A stretch of 64,000 bases of DNA. Origin: Camelus ferus (taxonomy: Eukaryota). Positions within the stretch are counted from its first letter, which is position 1. Every line of letters begins with the position of its first letter. Positions 13,095 to 25,912 of the stretch are shown here, piece by piece. A model generated the notes under the pieces. That model was not told where the DNA came from. It was given only the letters and a program-made list of their open reading frames with translations, and did not search any database. The position numbers were made by a program, and so were the translations under genes. The stretch lies in the NCBI RefSeq assembly GCF_009834535.1, contig NC_045697.1, positions 36,830,001-36,894,000 on the forward strand, in the 5' to 3' direction.

Positions 13095-14030
13095 TGATGG
13101 GTATTAGGCTCTGTGCTGGACGCACAAAGGTGAAAAGGACACTGTTCTAGCCTTTAAGCATCAAGTAAGAAGAATCAGACAAGGCCATAAACTATCTTGA
13201 TATCAAGCAGAATGGAGTTCACTTGGAAAGAAAATACAAATAGCAAAAGGAGAGGTTGTACTCCTCTGGAGTGAAGAGCTAAAGGGAAACCTCCTTTATA
13301 AATAAAAGGCCCTTTGCATTGGACCCTGATGAATAGGTAGGTTTCCAAAGGTAGATGGATAAAAGGTCAGAGAAGAGAATCTCAGGCGGGAGCAAAGGCA
13401 AGGATGCAGAAGAGGGTGGGGCCAATCCCCAAGCAGCCGATGGCCCATTGCTTACACTTTTAGGAGGAGGAAATAAAAGAAGAGGCTGGAGATGCTAAGT
13501 GAAGCCACACTATGGAGAACTTCCACATCAGGCCAGTGCACTTGATTCCAAAAGGCAATGATAGGAAACCATCGGAGGTTTGAGGCAAGCAGACCCGTGA
13601 TTGGAGCTAATTTTAGGAAACTCAGTCGGTCATGGAGAAGTACAGCAGGTTCAAGGAGGGGGGCAGAAAGTGAGGAGACCAGTTAAGGCACCTTTACTGC
13701 AAACACAGATGGGATGAAATGCGGCAGTGGCCAGCACAGAGGAAAGAAATGGTGTTAATGGTTTGGCATCTAAGTAAATGTTGAGGGGTGAAGGTGGGGC
13801 AGCAGGCAGTGCGACAGAGTGAGTTTGAGGGGAAAGAGTCATTAGTAGAGGCACAAAAAGAAGGAGAAGAAGCTGGTCTGGGGAAGAAGACTGGGGTTTG
13901 GGCCTGGGTGTGCTGACTTGGAGAGTCCCACAAAACATCAATATCAAGATGCCCAAGGGATGGCTGAAAACCAGCCACGGTGCTCAGAGACTGGTCAGAA
14001 GAAGGGCATACTTCAAATTGAGGTAAACCT
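13095..14030 (-). mobile_element. L2 fragment(s)
   Basis: Purine-rich antisense L2: ggcaatgataggaaaccatcggaggtttgaggc...aggagaagctggtctggggaagaag. Confidence 0.7.
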
Positions 14031-14344
14031 GGGTGATGCCTCAAGGCTCATTCTGAAAGACTCCACAAACCATGGTCTAAGGAAGTTTGCAGTCCTCTCT
14101 CAAAGTGCTGTGGATTCAGGAATGTTGTGTTCTTAGATCTCGTGTGGTTTCTACTAGGCAGCATCTTAAAGCCCAGTTTAATGTATTAATCCGATACTTA
14201 CATATAATCAATTTAAACCCAGCTCTCTAGGCAAACTTCCATTTAAAAGCAAGGCACGTTCTAATATTTCAGGCAGGCTTGCTGCTCCCTTATTCTTGGG
14301 GCCATTGAAACAAAGTTACTGGAAATGAAGATGGGACATTAGGA

Positions 14345-14512
14345 GGCAGAATGGCATAATGGAAAGCTCTAGAATCAGGTTTAGCCCTTGCTTTGTGAGC
14401 ACAAACACAAGAAAATAGAATGTTCTGCCCCGAGTTATTGTGAGTATTACATTAGGCAATTCACGTGAAACCGCTTTGCACGGTTCCTGGCACAGAGTAG
14501 CTGCTCAGTAAA
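14345..14512 (+). mobile_element. MIR SINE
   Basis: gttattgtgagtattacattag...cctggcacagagtagctgctcagtaaa. Confidence 0.65.
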
Positions 14513-15989
14513 GAGCGGAGGCGCCCTTGTGTAGCCCAGTTGGACACCTCTCTTGTCCCCAAGTGAATGTCTCCCCTCTGTCTCCTCCCTTTTGCCTCCA
14601 TCCCACTTCTGTCGAGTGACACAGGGCACACCATCTCCCGCAGGCTGGGATTCTTTTTCAGAGCTTTGCTGTCTTGTAGGTATTTTTAGGTTTTGGTTTT
14701 GGGGTTTGGGGGGTCATCAATAACATGGAATGCGGGTCCTGCCCTTTAACTAGAGGACAGTCACCCCGGACCTGAACCAGAGGCATTACCTCTCAGAGTC
14801 CAGGACTCCAAATGGCTCCAGGCCCTTCCCCTCACACTTCAGGACCAGATAGGGGCCCTTCCTGGCTCCTTATTCTCTTGGCCTCCAGGGAACAGGCAGG
14901 CCATCCTCAAAATCATGACCTATTACTACGCATTTACAACCAGCAGAGCGCTATTCTGGGGCTTTGGTTTCAAGTGCTCTCGTGAACAGTATTTTCTTTG
15001 AACCCCAAGACAAGGCAGTGAGGAATTAGAAGGCACAGACTGAGTGGAGTCACCCTCGCTCAGCACTTGCTGGCCGAGGGACCGGGACAGGCACACTCTC
15101 TCTGTGTCTCAGTGCCGCCTCTACAAAGTCGAGCTAATGGAAGCGTCTACTGCACCTCGGCTGTCATGGAACTGAAGCAACAGAACTGGGGAAGCTCCTA
15201 AGCAGGGCCTGCCACCCAGCCAGCAAGCAGCGCACTGTCCCGGGGACAAGCCCGGGGCTCACAAAGGTGAGGCACTAGCTCAACATTACATGCCTTAAAT
15301 GACGAAGCTGGAGCTTAAGCCCAGAACTCTCAACAACAAAACTACACGTAATTTGATCAAAAGAAAGCAAAATAAAAGCCTCTTTGTTGTTTTATTGAGA
15401 ATGTCCCTGCTGGAGCAACCTCTGTCCTGCTCAGTCCTCTCCATCCTTTCTCCCTCCCCTACAGAGGTTAAGGGTCGGGCTTTGCAGGAAAGTTGTGTAT
15501 TGGGATCAGCCTAAGGTTTACTGCTGTCTCACCACTGAGCCCGTCCTTTCTTTGGGGCTCACTCATCTTCAATCCACTTCTCCGATAACCTCATTATTTC
15601 CGTTTATCTGTTTAGCAAATACTAATTGAGTCAGCATCCTCTTAGGCACTAGATGAAAAGATATGGCCTCACCCTATTGGGTGACAGTTAGGAGAGTCAC
15701 TGTTTACCAGCAGCAACTGAGTTACCGAAGGGAATTATGGAATGTTCTTCTCTTTAAAAATAGGACGGTTTCTTAATCAGCCGGCTGTCTGGCTAACTTA
15801 TCTAGGAGACAAGAAAGCAAAGGCCTGGGAGAGATTCATATCAAGCTGGGAGGAGGCTCCTTCTTTGCAAATTGACTAACAGCTCAGAGCAGGGCTGAGT
15901 CGTCCATTCCTCCTCCTCCCTTATGGTGCCTTCAGGGAAGGCAGTGACAAGGTGGTGATGAGCCCAGGCCTCCATGAGATCAACAGGCT

Positions 15990-16165
15990 TCGCATCACAG
16001 CTCTGCTACTTAACCACTTGCAGTCTTGGTGCAATCTTGGGCAAGTTACTGAGCTCTCTCAGTCCCAGCTTCCTTATGAGATTCCTCATGGGAGAGGTAA
16101 AGAGATGGAGAAACAAAATGCTTCCCATAGCACTGGCACATAGTAGATGCTCAGCGGATGACTAT
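15990..16165 (+). mobile_element. MIR SINE
   Basis: cagctctgctactt...cttgggcaagttactgagctctct...ctggcacatagtagatgctca. Confidence 0.7.
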
Positions 16166-16589
16166 TATAACAGGGCACAGGCAAATTCTCCTCCGTGGTG
16201 AGGGAGGGGTGTGCCCACACAGGCCATGCCTTCTTAAGACTCTGCTTCTAAAGGGAGCTGAAATCTGCTACAACATGGTTCCAGAAAAGCCTGAGCCAGG
16301 TCTGATTGCTCAGTGGTAGATCAGGGCATCTGCCTCCAGGCTGGTACCTGGAGCCTAATGCCATCAAGTGGCCAAGTCTCCATCCTTTGCAAAAGCCTCT
16401 GCCTTGTCTCCCTGCTTCCATCTTTGCCCCCTACAATCTAGTCTTTTTTTTTTTTTATTTTATGATGCAACCACATTATTGTGGAAATGTGTAGTTTATT
16501 CATTTCCACAGATGTATAATGTTTTTATATTCAGTATTCATTTATTATTTAGAAGGTTTTGATATTATGAATAGAACTGCCTGTTAAAC

Positions 16590-16870
16590 ACAGTGTATCT
16601 AGGTATCAGGGTTAGCCTAGTCTATCTAGGGTGTAGACTTATAGGAACTAAATTACAGGATATAAAATATGTGCATATTCAGCATTATTAGGTAATGATT
16701 TATGGTTTTATTATCTGTAATAAATATATAATAAATAATATAGAGAGTCATAATCTTGATTTTATTTATTTATTTTTGCCAATCTGGCGAATGTGAACTA
16801 ACAACTGATTATGGCTTTAATTTGCATGTCTAGGATTAATAATGAGGTGAGATATCTTTTATGTTTCCTT
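16590..16870 (-). mobile_element. Old L1 fragment
   Basis: tttttgccaatctggcgaatgtgaac...ttatggctttaatttgcatgtct, antisense ORF2 end. Confidence 0.6.
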
Positions 16871-17289
16871 GTCCTTTAATGCGTCTGACTCAGCCATGCA
16901 CGTACATATTTTCAGACTGCAGGATTGATTCATCTTATTTATTAAACTTTCTGTCTCATCCCTCAGCTTTCTAACTTGCAGATGTACTCAACACCCAGCA
17001 CGCGCCAGCCTGGATTATGTCTACCCGAGTCTCCCACCTCCCGGCTTCCATGCTCCAAGAAACGCATTGCTTCAGTGGAACTTTGCTGTTTTCAAGGCAG
17101 TTCATTCAGTTTGTTTTTTAGGGCTTTGCTCTTCATTTCCCTTGTCATTGATATTCTACTACGTTTTATCCTTTTATCTTCTTTCTCCACTCCCTGCCTA
17201 GCCATTTTCCAGATTTAAACATATTCATGTGGGTAGAATGTTAAGGCTGTGTCTACACAGGCAAAGTGAAGAGCTAAGGCAACTATTTT

Positions 17290-18055
17290 TTTTTATCTTT
17301 TGACCCCCTTCACCCATTTCTCCCATTCCTCAACCCCTGGCATCTGGCAACCGCCTAGCTGTTTTATATCTATAAGCTTGGTTTTACATATATATTTTTT
17401 AGATTCCACATATAAGAGAAATTATACGTTTTTTTCCTTCTCTGTGTGATTTATTTCTCTTGGCATAGTGCCTTCAAGTTTCATCCATGTTGCCGCAAAG
17501 GGCAAGATTTCATTCTTTTTCATGGTTGAATAATGTTCTATATACATATGTATCAATCATAACTTCCTTGTCCATTCATCCATCAGTGGACACTTAGGTT
17601 GTTTTCATATCTTGGCTATTGTCAATAGTGTTGCAATAAACATGGGGTTGCATATGTTTTCAAGTTAGTGCTTTCTTTTTCTTGGGATACAATACCCAAA
17701 AGTGGAATTGCTGGATCACATAGTAGTTCTATTTTTAATTTCTTGAGGAAACTCCACAGTGTTTCCCATAATGACTGTACCAACTTACATTCCCACTAAC
17801 AGTGCACAAGAGCTCCTTTTTCTCCACATCCTCTCCAACACTTGTTTTTATTTCTTGTCTTTTTGATGATAGCCATTCTGACAGGTGTGAGGTGGTATCT
17901 CATTGTGCTTTTGATTTGCATTTCCCTGATGATTAGTGATGTTGAGCATCTCTTCACGAACCCATTGGCCAACTGTATGTCTTCTCTGGCAAAACATTTA
18001 TTTATATATTCTGCCCATTTAAAAAATCGTATTGCTTATTTTTTGCTATTGAGTC
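17290..18055 (-). mobile_element. L1MA-like element (ORF2 end + 3'UTR), antisense
   Basis: ttagattccacatataag...ggaattgctggatcacatag...gccattctgacaggtgtgaggtggtatctcattgtg. Confidence 0.9.
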
Positions 18056-18790
18056 TATTCTTATCACAGTTTCCAAAGAATAAGTCAGATTATACCATGT
18101 CTCTGCCTCAAATCTTCTAAGGGATATTTATCTCTTGTGGGAATAAGCCATAGTTATTAGAAGGAAAGTTTCCTGCTAGCACAAACACATGCTCCTTCCC
18201 CCAGGCAGACACGGTCGTCCTGCGTCAGGGCACCAGGCCTGGTGAGCTCAGGCATCCTCGTGCGCTGAGCAGCCTACACAGTGGTCCCTGCGGTGCTGCT
18301 CCAAGCCCCCTACTTGGCCACATGACCGCTCACTGCAGGCCTCATTACTCCTCCTCTTCCTCTCTCTAATCCAACTACACTTGAAGTTCGTCGAACACCC
18401 AAGCGTACTTTCACCTCGGGACCTTTGAACTTGCTGTCCCCTCTGTTTGGGAGTCTCATTGCCTGGATAGTCTCCACCTTGCTCCCCCACTTCATTCCAG
18501 TCTCTGCTCTAAGGCCATCTTTCAGTGGATTCTTCACCCACCTCTGTATTTAAAGTTAGATTCTCTTTCCCCCATACTCCCTATTCCTCACCCCTGCTTT
18601 GTATTCTCCATAGCACTTACCACTAGCAGTTTATGTTACTTTTGATATTATTTATTCATTTTACTGTCTGCTTCTCCCCACTGGAATAGAAGTTACATGA
18701 TGGCAGGGAATTTTGACTGTTGTTCACTGCTGTATCCCCAGTGCTTGGCACATAGTAGGAGCTCAATAAAGATCAGATAAATAAATGAAT
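18056..18790 (+). mobile_element. L2 3' region
   Basis: cctcgggacctttgaacttgctgtcccctctg...ttcactgctgtatccccagtgcttggcacatagtaggagctcaataaa. Confidence 0.8.
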
Positions 18791-19114
18791 CATCCTGAAG
18801 ACAAGCCCAACAGCCAAGAAAACCTCGGCTCCCGCCTCCTGCCCTGCAGTGAGCACCAAGACACAGCTGTGGGATTGCTGTTCTGGACAGACGAGGGATG
18901 GAATATGCTGCCTCACCAAGGCTCAGGGGTGGGGCTGGCACTTCCCCAGAGAGGCTCCAGGCCCACAGAAGCTGTCTATCTGGTCAGGAGTCCCTCAGGA
19001 AGTCTGGCATGGAGCAGGTGCTCAGTATCACTGGAATGATACAATGGCCACATCCTCCCGTGGCTGAACTGAGCTGTTGGCCACACAACCAGCAAAATGG
19101 GTCTCTCTCTCCAG

Positions 19115-19290
19115 CATGGTGTCAGAAGGCCTGGTTTCAAGTTCCCAGGTTGCCGCTCATTCATTGTTTTTTGCCAGCTCAGTCACTTAACCTCACTAAG
19201 TGTCAATTCTCTCATCAGTAAAATGGAGATCATAGCTCATACATTGCTGGTATAATAAGACTGCCATGAGGATCAAGTGAAGTAACGGAG
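19115..19290 (+). mobile_element. MIR SINE
   Basis: agtcacttaacctcactaagtgtcaattctctcatcagtaaaatggagat. Confidence 0.7.
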
Positions 19291-19304
19291 ATGTGCAACA
19301 GAGG

Positions 19305-19700
19305 TGCTGAGTCTTCCTTCAATAGCCAATCTCCCCTTCTTCCACTATAATACACCTGTGAGCTGGGCACATCCTTCCTCCCAGTAAAAGACTACACTTC
19401 CCAGCCTCCCTTGCAGCTAGAAGGGGCCATGTGACTTCATTCTGGCCAATGGGATGTGAGCTGAAGGGACATGGCAATTCTGAGATCCTACCCTTAGACA
19501 GAGGGATGCACCCTCCTCCCCTGTCCCTTTCCTGAGCACTGGAAAGCAGAGAAGGTAGCAAGCCATCTCGGGCCATGTGGAAGTATGCACAAACTGGGCT
19601 CTTCAACACCTCATGTGGCAAAGCCAGTATTCCAGCTTAGACTTCTGTATGAGAAGGAAATGACATGTTTTAAGCCACTTATTTGGGGTGTGTCTTCATT
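19305..19700 (+). mobile_element. Old ERVL/MaLR solo LTR (MLT1J/LTR33-like)
   Basis: actacacttcccagcctcccttgcagctag...gccatgtgact...tctggccaatgggatgtgagc...ttttaagccactt. Confidence 0.75.
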
Positions 19701-19934
19701 CATCCATTGATACAAAGAGGACTTACTGAGTATCTGTTGTGTGCCAGGCAAATATTAGGTACTGAGACAGATGCAAAAAAATACTTCCTTCCCTTTGAGA
19801 ACCAGAGGGGGAGACCTGGCATATAGAAGTCATCACAACATAAGGTAGTACGGGCTCTAACGAGGTAAAGGCAGGGTGCTGTGGAACCCCAGAGGAAGGT
19901 GCAGGCGCTTTGCAAGCTCTACAACTCACTATAC

Positions 19935-20154
19935 TTTCATTCACTCATGTGTTTACTGAACATCTATTACGTTACTGAACATCATCTATGCACTGCTCTA
20001 GATTTTGAAAGCACCATATTGGAGAGACAGACAAGGTCCCAGTTCTCAAGTGGTTTACATGTCTTATAAACAAATCATTTTTATATCAATAAATAAGATA
20101 ACTTTCAAGAGGGTTAAGTGCTATAGAGACCAGTGCTCACTTCGGCAGCACGTG

Positions 20155-20189
<35 letters not shown>

Positions 20190-20880
20190 GGCCCCTGCAG
20201 AAGGATGACACACAAATTCATGAAGCATTCTGTATTTTTTAGCAACAACAACAAAAAAAGTGCTATAGACACCATAAAACAGGAGATTTAATAGAGTGTA
20301 ATAGGTTTGTTGAGGAGGGATGCATGCTTTAAATCAGTTGCTGTTGGAAACCCCAGTGACATTTAAGCTGGGACCAGAAACTGGGAGAAGAGTATTTGGG
20401 GCAGAGGGCAAAGGTGAGTGCAGATGCAAAGGCCCTGCGGTGGGATGAAGGTCACTGTGGCTGGAGTGACTGATGGGGTAGGTAGACAAAGTCAGAGGGG
20501 CAGCCTGGCTGGACTTGTGCCTTGTCAGCCACAGTAAGGAGTGCAAACTTTCCCCCGAGGTTGGAAGCCACTGGAGGTCAGATTCTTGTTTTAATCTGAT
20601 CCTTCTGGCTGCTCCGTGGGTACACGCCAGGTCAGAGAGCTGGTGACTTAGACGAGGCTGGCAGCACAGGAGCAGAGAAGTGGTCAGATTTGGGATCTGC
20701 TTGGGAGGTAGTGTTGGCAAAACCTGCTGATAGAATGGGCGAAGGTATGTGAGCACAAGAATAATCAAAACTGAAGTCTGAAACGTTCGGCTTGAGCAGC
20801 TGGGTGGTGGGATGAACAAGATGGGAAAGGATGGCCACGTTTGGGCTGAGGGCCGGATCATGAGTTCTGATTTATATGTA
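19935..20880 (-). mobile_element. L2 fragment, host of the U6 retrocopy
   Basis: tcattcactcatgtgtttactgaacatcta...agaagtggtcagatttgggatct...ggcttgagcagctgggtgg. Confidence 0.8.
20133..20240 (+). pseudogene. RNU6 (retrocopy): Full-length U6 snRNA processed pseudogene
   Basis: Colinear with U6 from gtgctc to tattttt, about 10 substitutions, ACAGAGA box intact; A-rich tail 20241-20257; 17-bp TSD aagtgctataga[g/c]acca at 20116-20132 and 20258-20274. Confidence 0.97.
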
Positions 20881-21089
20881 ATGGAAGTTATTGGCAGCTG
20901 TCGTAAAACTGGCTTTTGTCCAAATGAGCTGGAGTGCCTCGAGGGGACTTTGCCAATCCTCACCCAAGCCCTGCCTGCTCTTCCCATCCAACAGCCAACA
21001 TCCTGACTGCATACCCTACACCACCGGCTCCCATCGCCTCTCTGATCCCTCCCGCAGGGCCTCTCATTGCCCACGGGTGGCCATCCTGC

Positions 21090-21530
21090 CATTTCTCGAC
21101 ACTTCCAGTCCTGCTTCCGCCTCAGGGCCTGTGTTCCCACTATCTTCTTAGCATGGCCTGCTCCTCCCATTCATCCCCCAGGCGCTCACCTGCCTCTCCC
21201 TTTTTTTGCCTTCAAATCTTTGGCCAAATGTCATCTTCTCAAGGAAATCAATCCAGGCCACACTACTCGTTGGAAAATCACAAAACTCCACTCTCCCCCT
21301 CTTGCCAATACACACTGTCCCTCTCTCACCAGCTTTATTTTTCTCCAAAGTACTTATCACCTTTAATAGACTAACATCTTTCTAATCTATTTACGTATTG
21401 TCCAGCCCCTCCCACTTGAATATAAACTTCATGAGGATAGGGTTTTATCTGCTTTGTTCACTGCTATATGCCCAGAGGCTAGAACGATGCCTGACACATA
21501 GCAGAGGCTCAGAAAATACACTCTGAGTGA
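21090..21530 (+). mobile_element. L2 3' end
   Basis: cctcagggcctgtg...caaatgtcatcttctcaagg...tttgttcactgctatatgcccagaggctagaacgatgcctgacacatag. Confidence 0.8.
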
Positions 21531-22041
21531 CTTAAAGTGCATTATGGTATCTTTCTCTCATAGGGGAGTTATTGTTTCAATATAAATTTGTCTTCAGTAG
21601 GAAGTGATGAAGAGGAAATCTGTGTCCAGGTCCTATCCTGGATTGATGACTAGTTTCCCAGGTAAACCAGGACAACTGGTCACTTGTACTATCACCCCAT
21701 TTTACAGCTGAGAAAACTGAGGCTTAGTCAGATTCTAATTTTTCTAATGCCTTAGAAATACCAGTCATGCACTGGCCTGTTAGGTCATCCAGCCAAACTC
21801 CAGTACCTGAGCAGGACCCAGAGTATTTCTCACACTCAGGCCCACTTGCAATGTGTCAGTGAGTGGAGATTAGCTCTTACATGAGCACAGATTTGAAAAG
21901 CCCTGTCATTCGTGAAAATTAAAACTGTGAGTAACCTCTGTATGGGATCCTGGGGAGACAAGGAATCTTCTAGTCATCAATACAGAACCCTGGACTTTGG
22001 TTTGCTTCTTCAACATTTATTAAGAGCTTACTGTTTTCTTA

Positions 22042-22178
22042 GGGGGAGGGTATAGCTCAGTGGTAGAGCATGAGCTTAGCATGCACGAGGTCTTGGGTTC
22101 AATCCCCAGTCCCTCCATTAAAATAAATCAATGATCCTAATTACCTTCCCCCAAGAAATAAACAAAGTAAAAACTTTA
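22042..22178 (+). mobile_element. Camelid Vic-1-type tRNA-derived SINE
   Basis: gggggagggtatagctcagtggtagagc...gggttcaatcccc; perfect 20-bp TSD aagagcttactgttttctta at 22022-22041 and 22179-22198. Confidence 0.95.
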
Positions 22179-22214
22179 AAGAGCTTACTGTTTTCTTAAA
22201 GACAACAAAAAAAC

Positions 22215-22660
22215 ACATACATGCAAATATTCATACCAGCACTATTCACAACAGCCAGAAAGGAAAAACAACCCAAATATCCATTAACAGACGAATGGAC
22301 AAACAAAATGTGGTGCATAAATACAACTGAACATCACTGAGCCATAAAGCAAATGAGGTCATGGGACACATGACAACGTGGGCGAACCTCAAAAACATTA
22401 GAGAACATGAGTGAAAGAAGCCAGACACAAAAAGTCACATATTGTATGATTCCACTGATAGGAAATGCCCATAAATCCATAGCGACAGAAAGCAAATTGG
22501 AGGTTGTCGGGACTGCTTAATGAGCACGGCAGTTTATTTGGGGTGAGGAAAGTGGTTTTGAAATAGAGATGGTGGTTGCGTAACATTGTGAACATACTAA
22601 ACGCCACTGAAATGTTCGTTTTAAAGTGGTTCACTTTAACCTACGTGAATTTCACCTCAG
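22215..22660 (+). mobile_element. L1MB-like 3' end
   Basis: cagcactattcacaacagccag...aaagaagccagacacaaaaagtcacatattgtatgattcca...gtgaatttcacctca. Confidence 0.85.
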
Positions 22661-22689
22661 TCTTTTAGTAAAAAAGCATGTGCCTAAAT

Positions 22690-22835
22690 TTGTTCCTCTA
22701 GTCTTCACAAAAACCCAACAAATGAGGCATTGATACTATTATTCCCATGAGGAAACTGAGCCTAGAGAGGGTGAGGACCTGGTCAAGGTCACACAGATGT
22801 TAGACTTGGAGCCAAGGTCTGGTTGCCTCCAAAGC
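22690..22835 (-). mobile_element. MIR SINE
   Basis: tgaggaaactgagcctagagagggtgag...caaggtcacacag. Confidence 0.75.
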
Positions 22836-24734
22836 CTTGGCGCAGAACTGGGGTGGCCCTGGGGGAACAGAGGGCTGGCTGCGGGGGTGCGAAGGGGAGA
22901 AGCCCTGGCAGAGGCGAGGTTAAAGCGGAAGGGCTCTGGGCTCTCTTTAGGGTCCCAACCAGCACCAGCAAAACTCAGAGTCTTGAACCTTTTGGCTCCT
23001 ACTACATCTGCCCTCTGGTCTGACTGCGGCCCCGCTTCTCTCTGTGTTCCTCTGAACGCCCTGCATCAGGGAGCAGCCGACACCAATGGCTGGGAGTTGG
23101 GGGGGGCAGGGCCAAGTGAGGAATCCTGCAGAACCCTTGACCAAAGGCCCTAGTATCCCTCGCTTTCCCCTTCCTTAAAATGCCTTAAGTTTTTGACTCG
23201 TCAATGGAGCACTTGAGTGACTTGAAAATAAACATATTTCAAAAGAAGAGCATATTTTCGGCAGTTCTGTCTCAGCAGACTTGACGGGTGTAGTTCAGCT
23301 TGTGGGGAGGAGCAGGGGTGGCTGGTGGGGAGAGAGACTGGAGGACAGAGCGAATGTGGCAGAGTGACACACAGTTAGGGCTTTACGAAGTCTACCAGCT
23401 CTTTGTGAACACAAGACAAGCTCCAGTGGGAGGCTCCCCGAGGAGCCCCTTTGACAGTTTCTGCACCTTTGGAGCTTCTCCTGTTTGTTTCCTCTTCAAA
23501 GCTTGTTAGCACCTCCCGATGGGGAGACTTTGGCCACTTAGGAGATAGATGGGGCCTGGCTCCAGGGGCCTGACCCTCAGTCAGGGCTGGGGCTCCCATC
23601 AATTCTCTGTGAGTTTGTTGATGGTCGTTGAGGTGAGAAGGGCAGAGAAGGCAGAAGATCTCTGCAGACCCTCTTTTTTCCCCTGTAGACTCTTCTTGAT
23701 AGCATAACCAAAGTCCTCGATCATAATTTCCTCTGTGACCCCTTAAAAAAGCAAAAGACCAATGTGTCGGACAGAAACAAGTCGCAGTGACTTTGGAGAA
23801 TTCAGAAGAGCCAAGGTACTACCGGAGATCAGCAGGGACCCAACCCATTCTTCCTACTGAGCAGAACTGACTTTCAGGAAGAGGAGCCCAACCTCCAGGG
23901 AGCCTGCCTGGGGAGTGGCTTTTCCTGTTGAAAGATCACGAAGCTCTGGTCTACAAAGTAGTTAAAGGGTCTTCCAGGAAGCAAAGTGTCTCCAGGTACA
24001 CTCCAAGCAGCCTGGGGCAGCCTTGTGCCCAGATGGCAAGGGCTTCCTTCTGGGCTCTGGCCAAGCCAGGATGGACACTCAGTCTAGAGCCACCATTCAA
24101 ATACCAACAGCATTGCCTCCATGTTTGCCCCAGGAGGGGACCAACCCGGTATCTCTGGCTGAGTCCTATGGGTCACTCCCACTGTCCCACTCACTCACAC
24201 GAAGGAAGAGGAGGCCAGAAGATCTGAATATGCAAAGTCTCCAATGGTCTCATCCTCAATCAGCTTAATGAAGAGGTTGTTGGTGACAATCAAACAGCCC
24301 CAGGGGACTATTGACAAATATATCAGCTGCCCAGGTCCTCTCAGCTAGCTCAGACCTTGGTGTTTTTTCAATTGATTTTGAAACACTAAGGATTACTTAA
24401 GTTACTAAAGTCACATCTGGGGGGAAATTATACTCAGCTGTAGGAAATAAAGACCACTGTCTTGGTGGTGTCTTCAGACAGCCTCTCTGTGCTGTCTTTT
24501 GAACCGCTCACGTGTGCCTGATGTTTTAAATACAGTATTAAAATACGAGAGTAAAATCATTCTCGGGGAGAAAAAAAGATGAAAGGAGTGCCAGATTAAA
24601 TGGAATGCCAACAGATGTGTGTGTGCAGGAAAATAAGATGGGGGATGTGAACAAGTGGGTCATAAATGAGGAAATGGTCCTCTCAACGTTGTTAATATCT
24701 CCAGTAGGTTTCCCTTCAACCTTCAAGTGAATGA

Positions 24735-24865
24735 TACGGTAGAGTGACTAAAAGTTCAAGCTTTTCAGGCAGAATGTATAGGATCAAATCCTCACTCTGC
24801 CATTTATGAGCTGTGTGACTTTGGGTAAGCCCCTGACCTCTCTGTGTCTCAGTTTTCTCCTCAGT
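24735..24865 (+). mobile_element. MIR SINE
   Basis: caaatcctcactctgccatttatgagctgtgtgactttgggtaag...ctctgtgtctcagttttctc. Confidence 0.8.
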
Positions 24866-25714
24866 GGGTGGGGTACACAGCCAACAGAGGGCTTGCTACA
24901 TAACATTTCCATTGTTTTCAAAATATTATTTAAAAAAATAGCAAATGAAGCAATTCTATACAGAAAGGTAATTTTCCCATCTAAAAGCCTGAAGTACCTA
25001 CCTCAGTGGGTCTTTTCAGCTGAAATACATTTTTAGTGCTCCCTGCCAGGAAGAAGCTCCTGCTCCAGATACATTTGGGCTGAAATGTGAAAATGTCCAC
25101 CGTGTTGTTCTAACCTCTTCTGTGACTGTTTAAATGGTCATTGTTTTCTAGACAATTGCATTTTTCATCCCCAAAAACTGCCAAAGGAAGGTCCGTACAG
25201 ATTTCAGTTAAGACAATAGAGTCAAAAAGGCTTCAGGTGGCGTGCTGTTAGGTCCCGAGCCCCAGCAGGAAGGCGCCAACCTGAAACCTGATGGGAGGAA
25301 CGGGGTCAGTGTTTTCTGCTACTTGGGAGGGCCCTACTTCATGCCACCGAGCTAGGTACCTCCTCCACAGACCTCCAGTCTTATCAGCTGCAGGGGACAG
25401 ACACTGTGAGCCCCACTTGGCAGACGAGGAATGGGCCTGGAGTTGCCGTGTGTCACTATGTGCCTGAACCTGGTTACAGCTGGACCCCTCTGGCTCCAGC
25501 ATCAGCATTCCTTGCAGTCCGCACAGTGTCCAACCAGCTCTTGGTCCTTTTCCCTGTCATTTCTGAAACTAGAAGCAATCCATTTCGGGATCTGATCATC
25601 TGCCAGAAAGTTCTTCTCAAGATCTACCATAAATCTCATCTGCTACCATTTACCCCTCTCTCCTCTCCCGCTGTGTATCTGACACCCTCCCCCCATGGTG
25701 ATCTCATTGGGTGT

Positions 25715-25912
25715 TCACTCCAACCCAGTGGTTTTGTCCCCGCCCCAGGGACATTTAGCCACGTCGAGAGATACTTTGGGAGTCACAGCCGAGGGAGAAG
25801 ATACGCTACCGGCACCTGGAGCAGAGAGGCTGTTAAGCATCCAACAACACACAGGACAGCCCCCCATACCAAGAATCAAGCGGCCCCAACAGTGCCGAGG
25901 CTGAGAAACCTG
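25715..25912 (+). mobile_element. MER20 hAT-Charlie DNA transposon
   Basis: ccccaggggacatttagc...cacaggacagccccc...agtgccgaggctgagaaacctg. Confidence 0.85.

Noticed and set aside
15627..15636. TGAGTCAGCA MARE-like motif
   Set aside because: Isolated, apparently within a decayed L2-like fragment, with no supporting context
20334..21170. Longest ORF in the window (278 aa)
   Set aside because: Runs largely through decayed L2 DNA; no recognisable domain or exon structure
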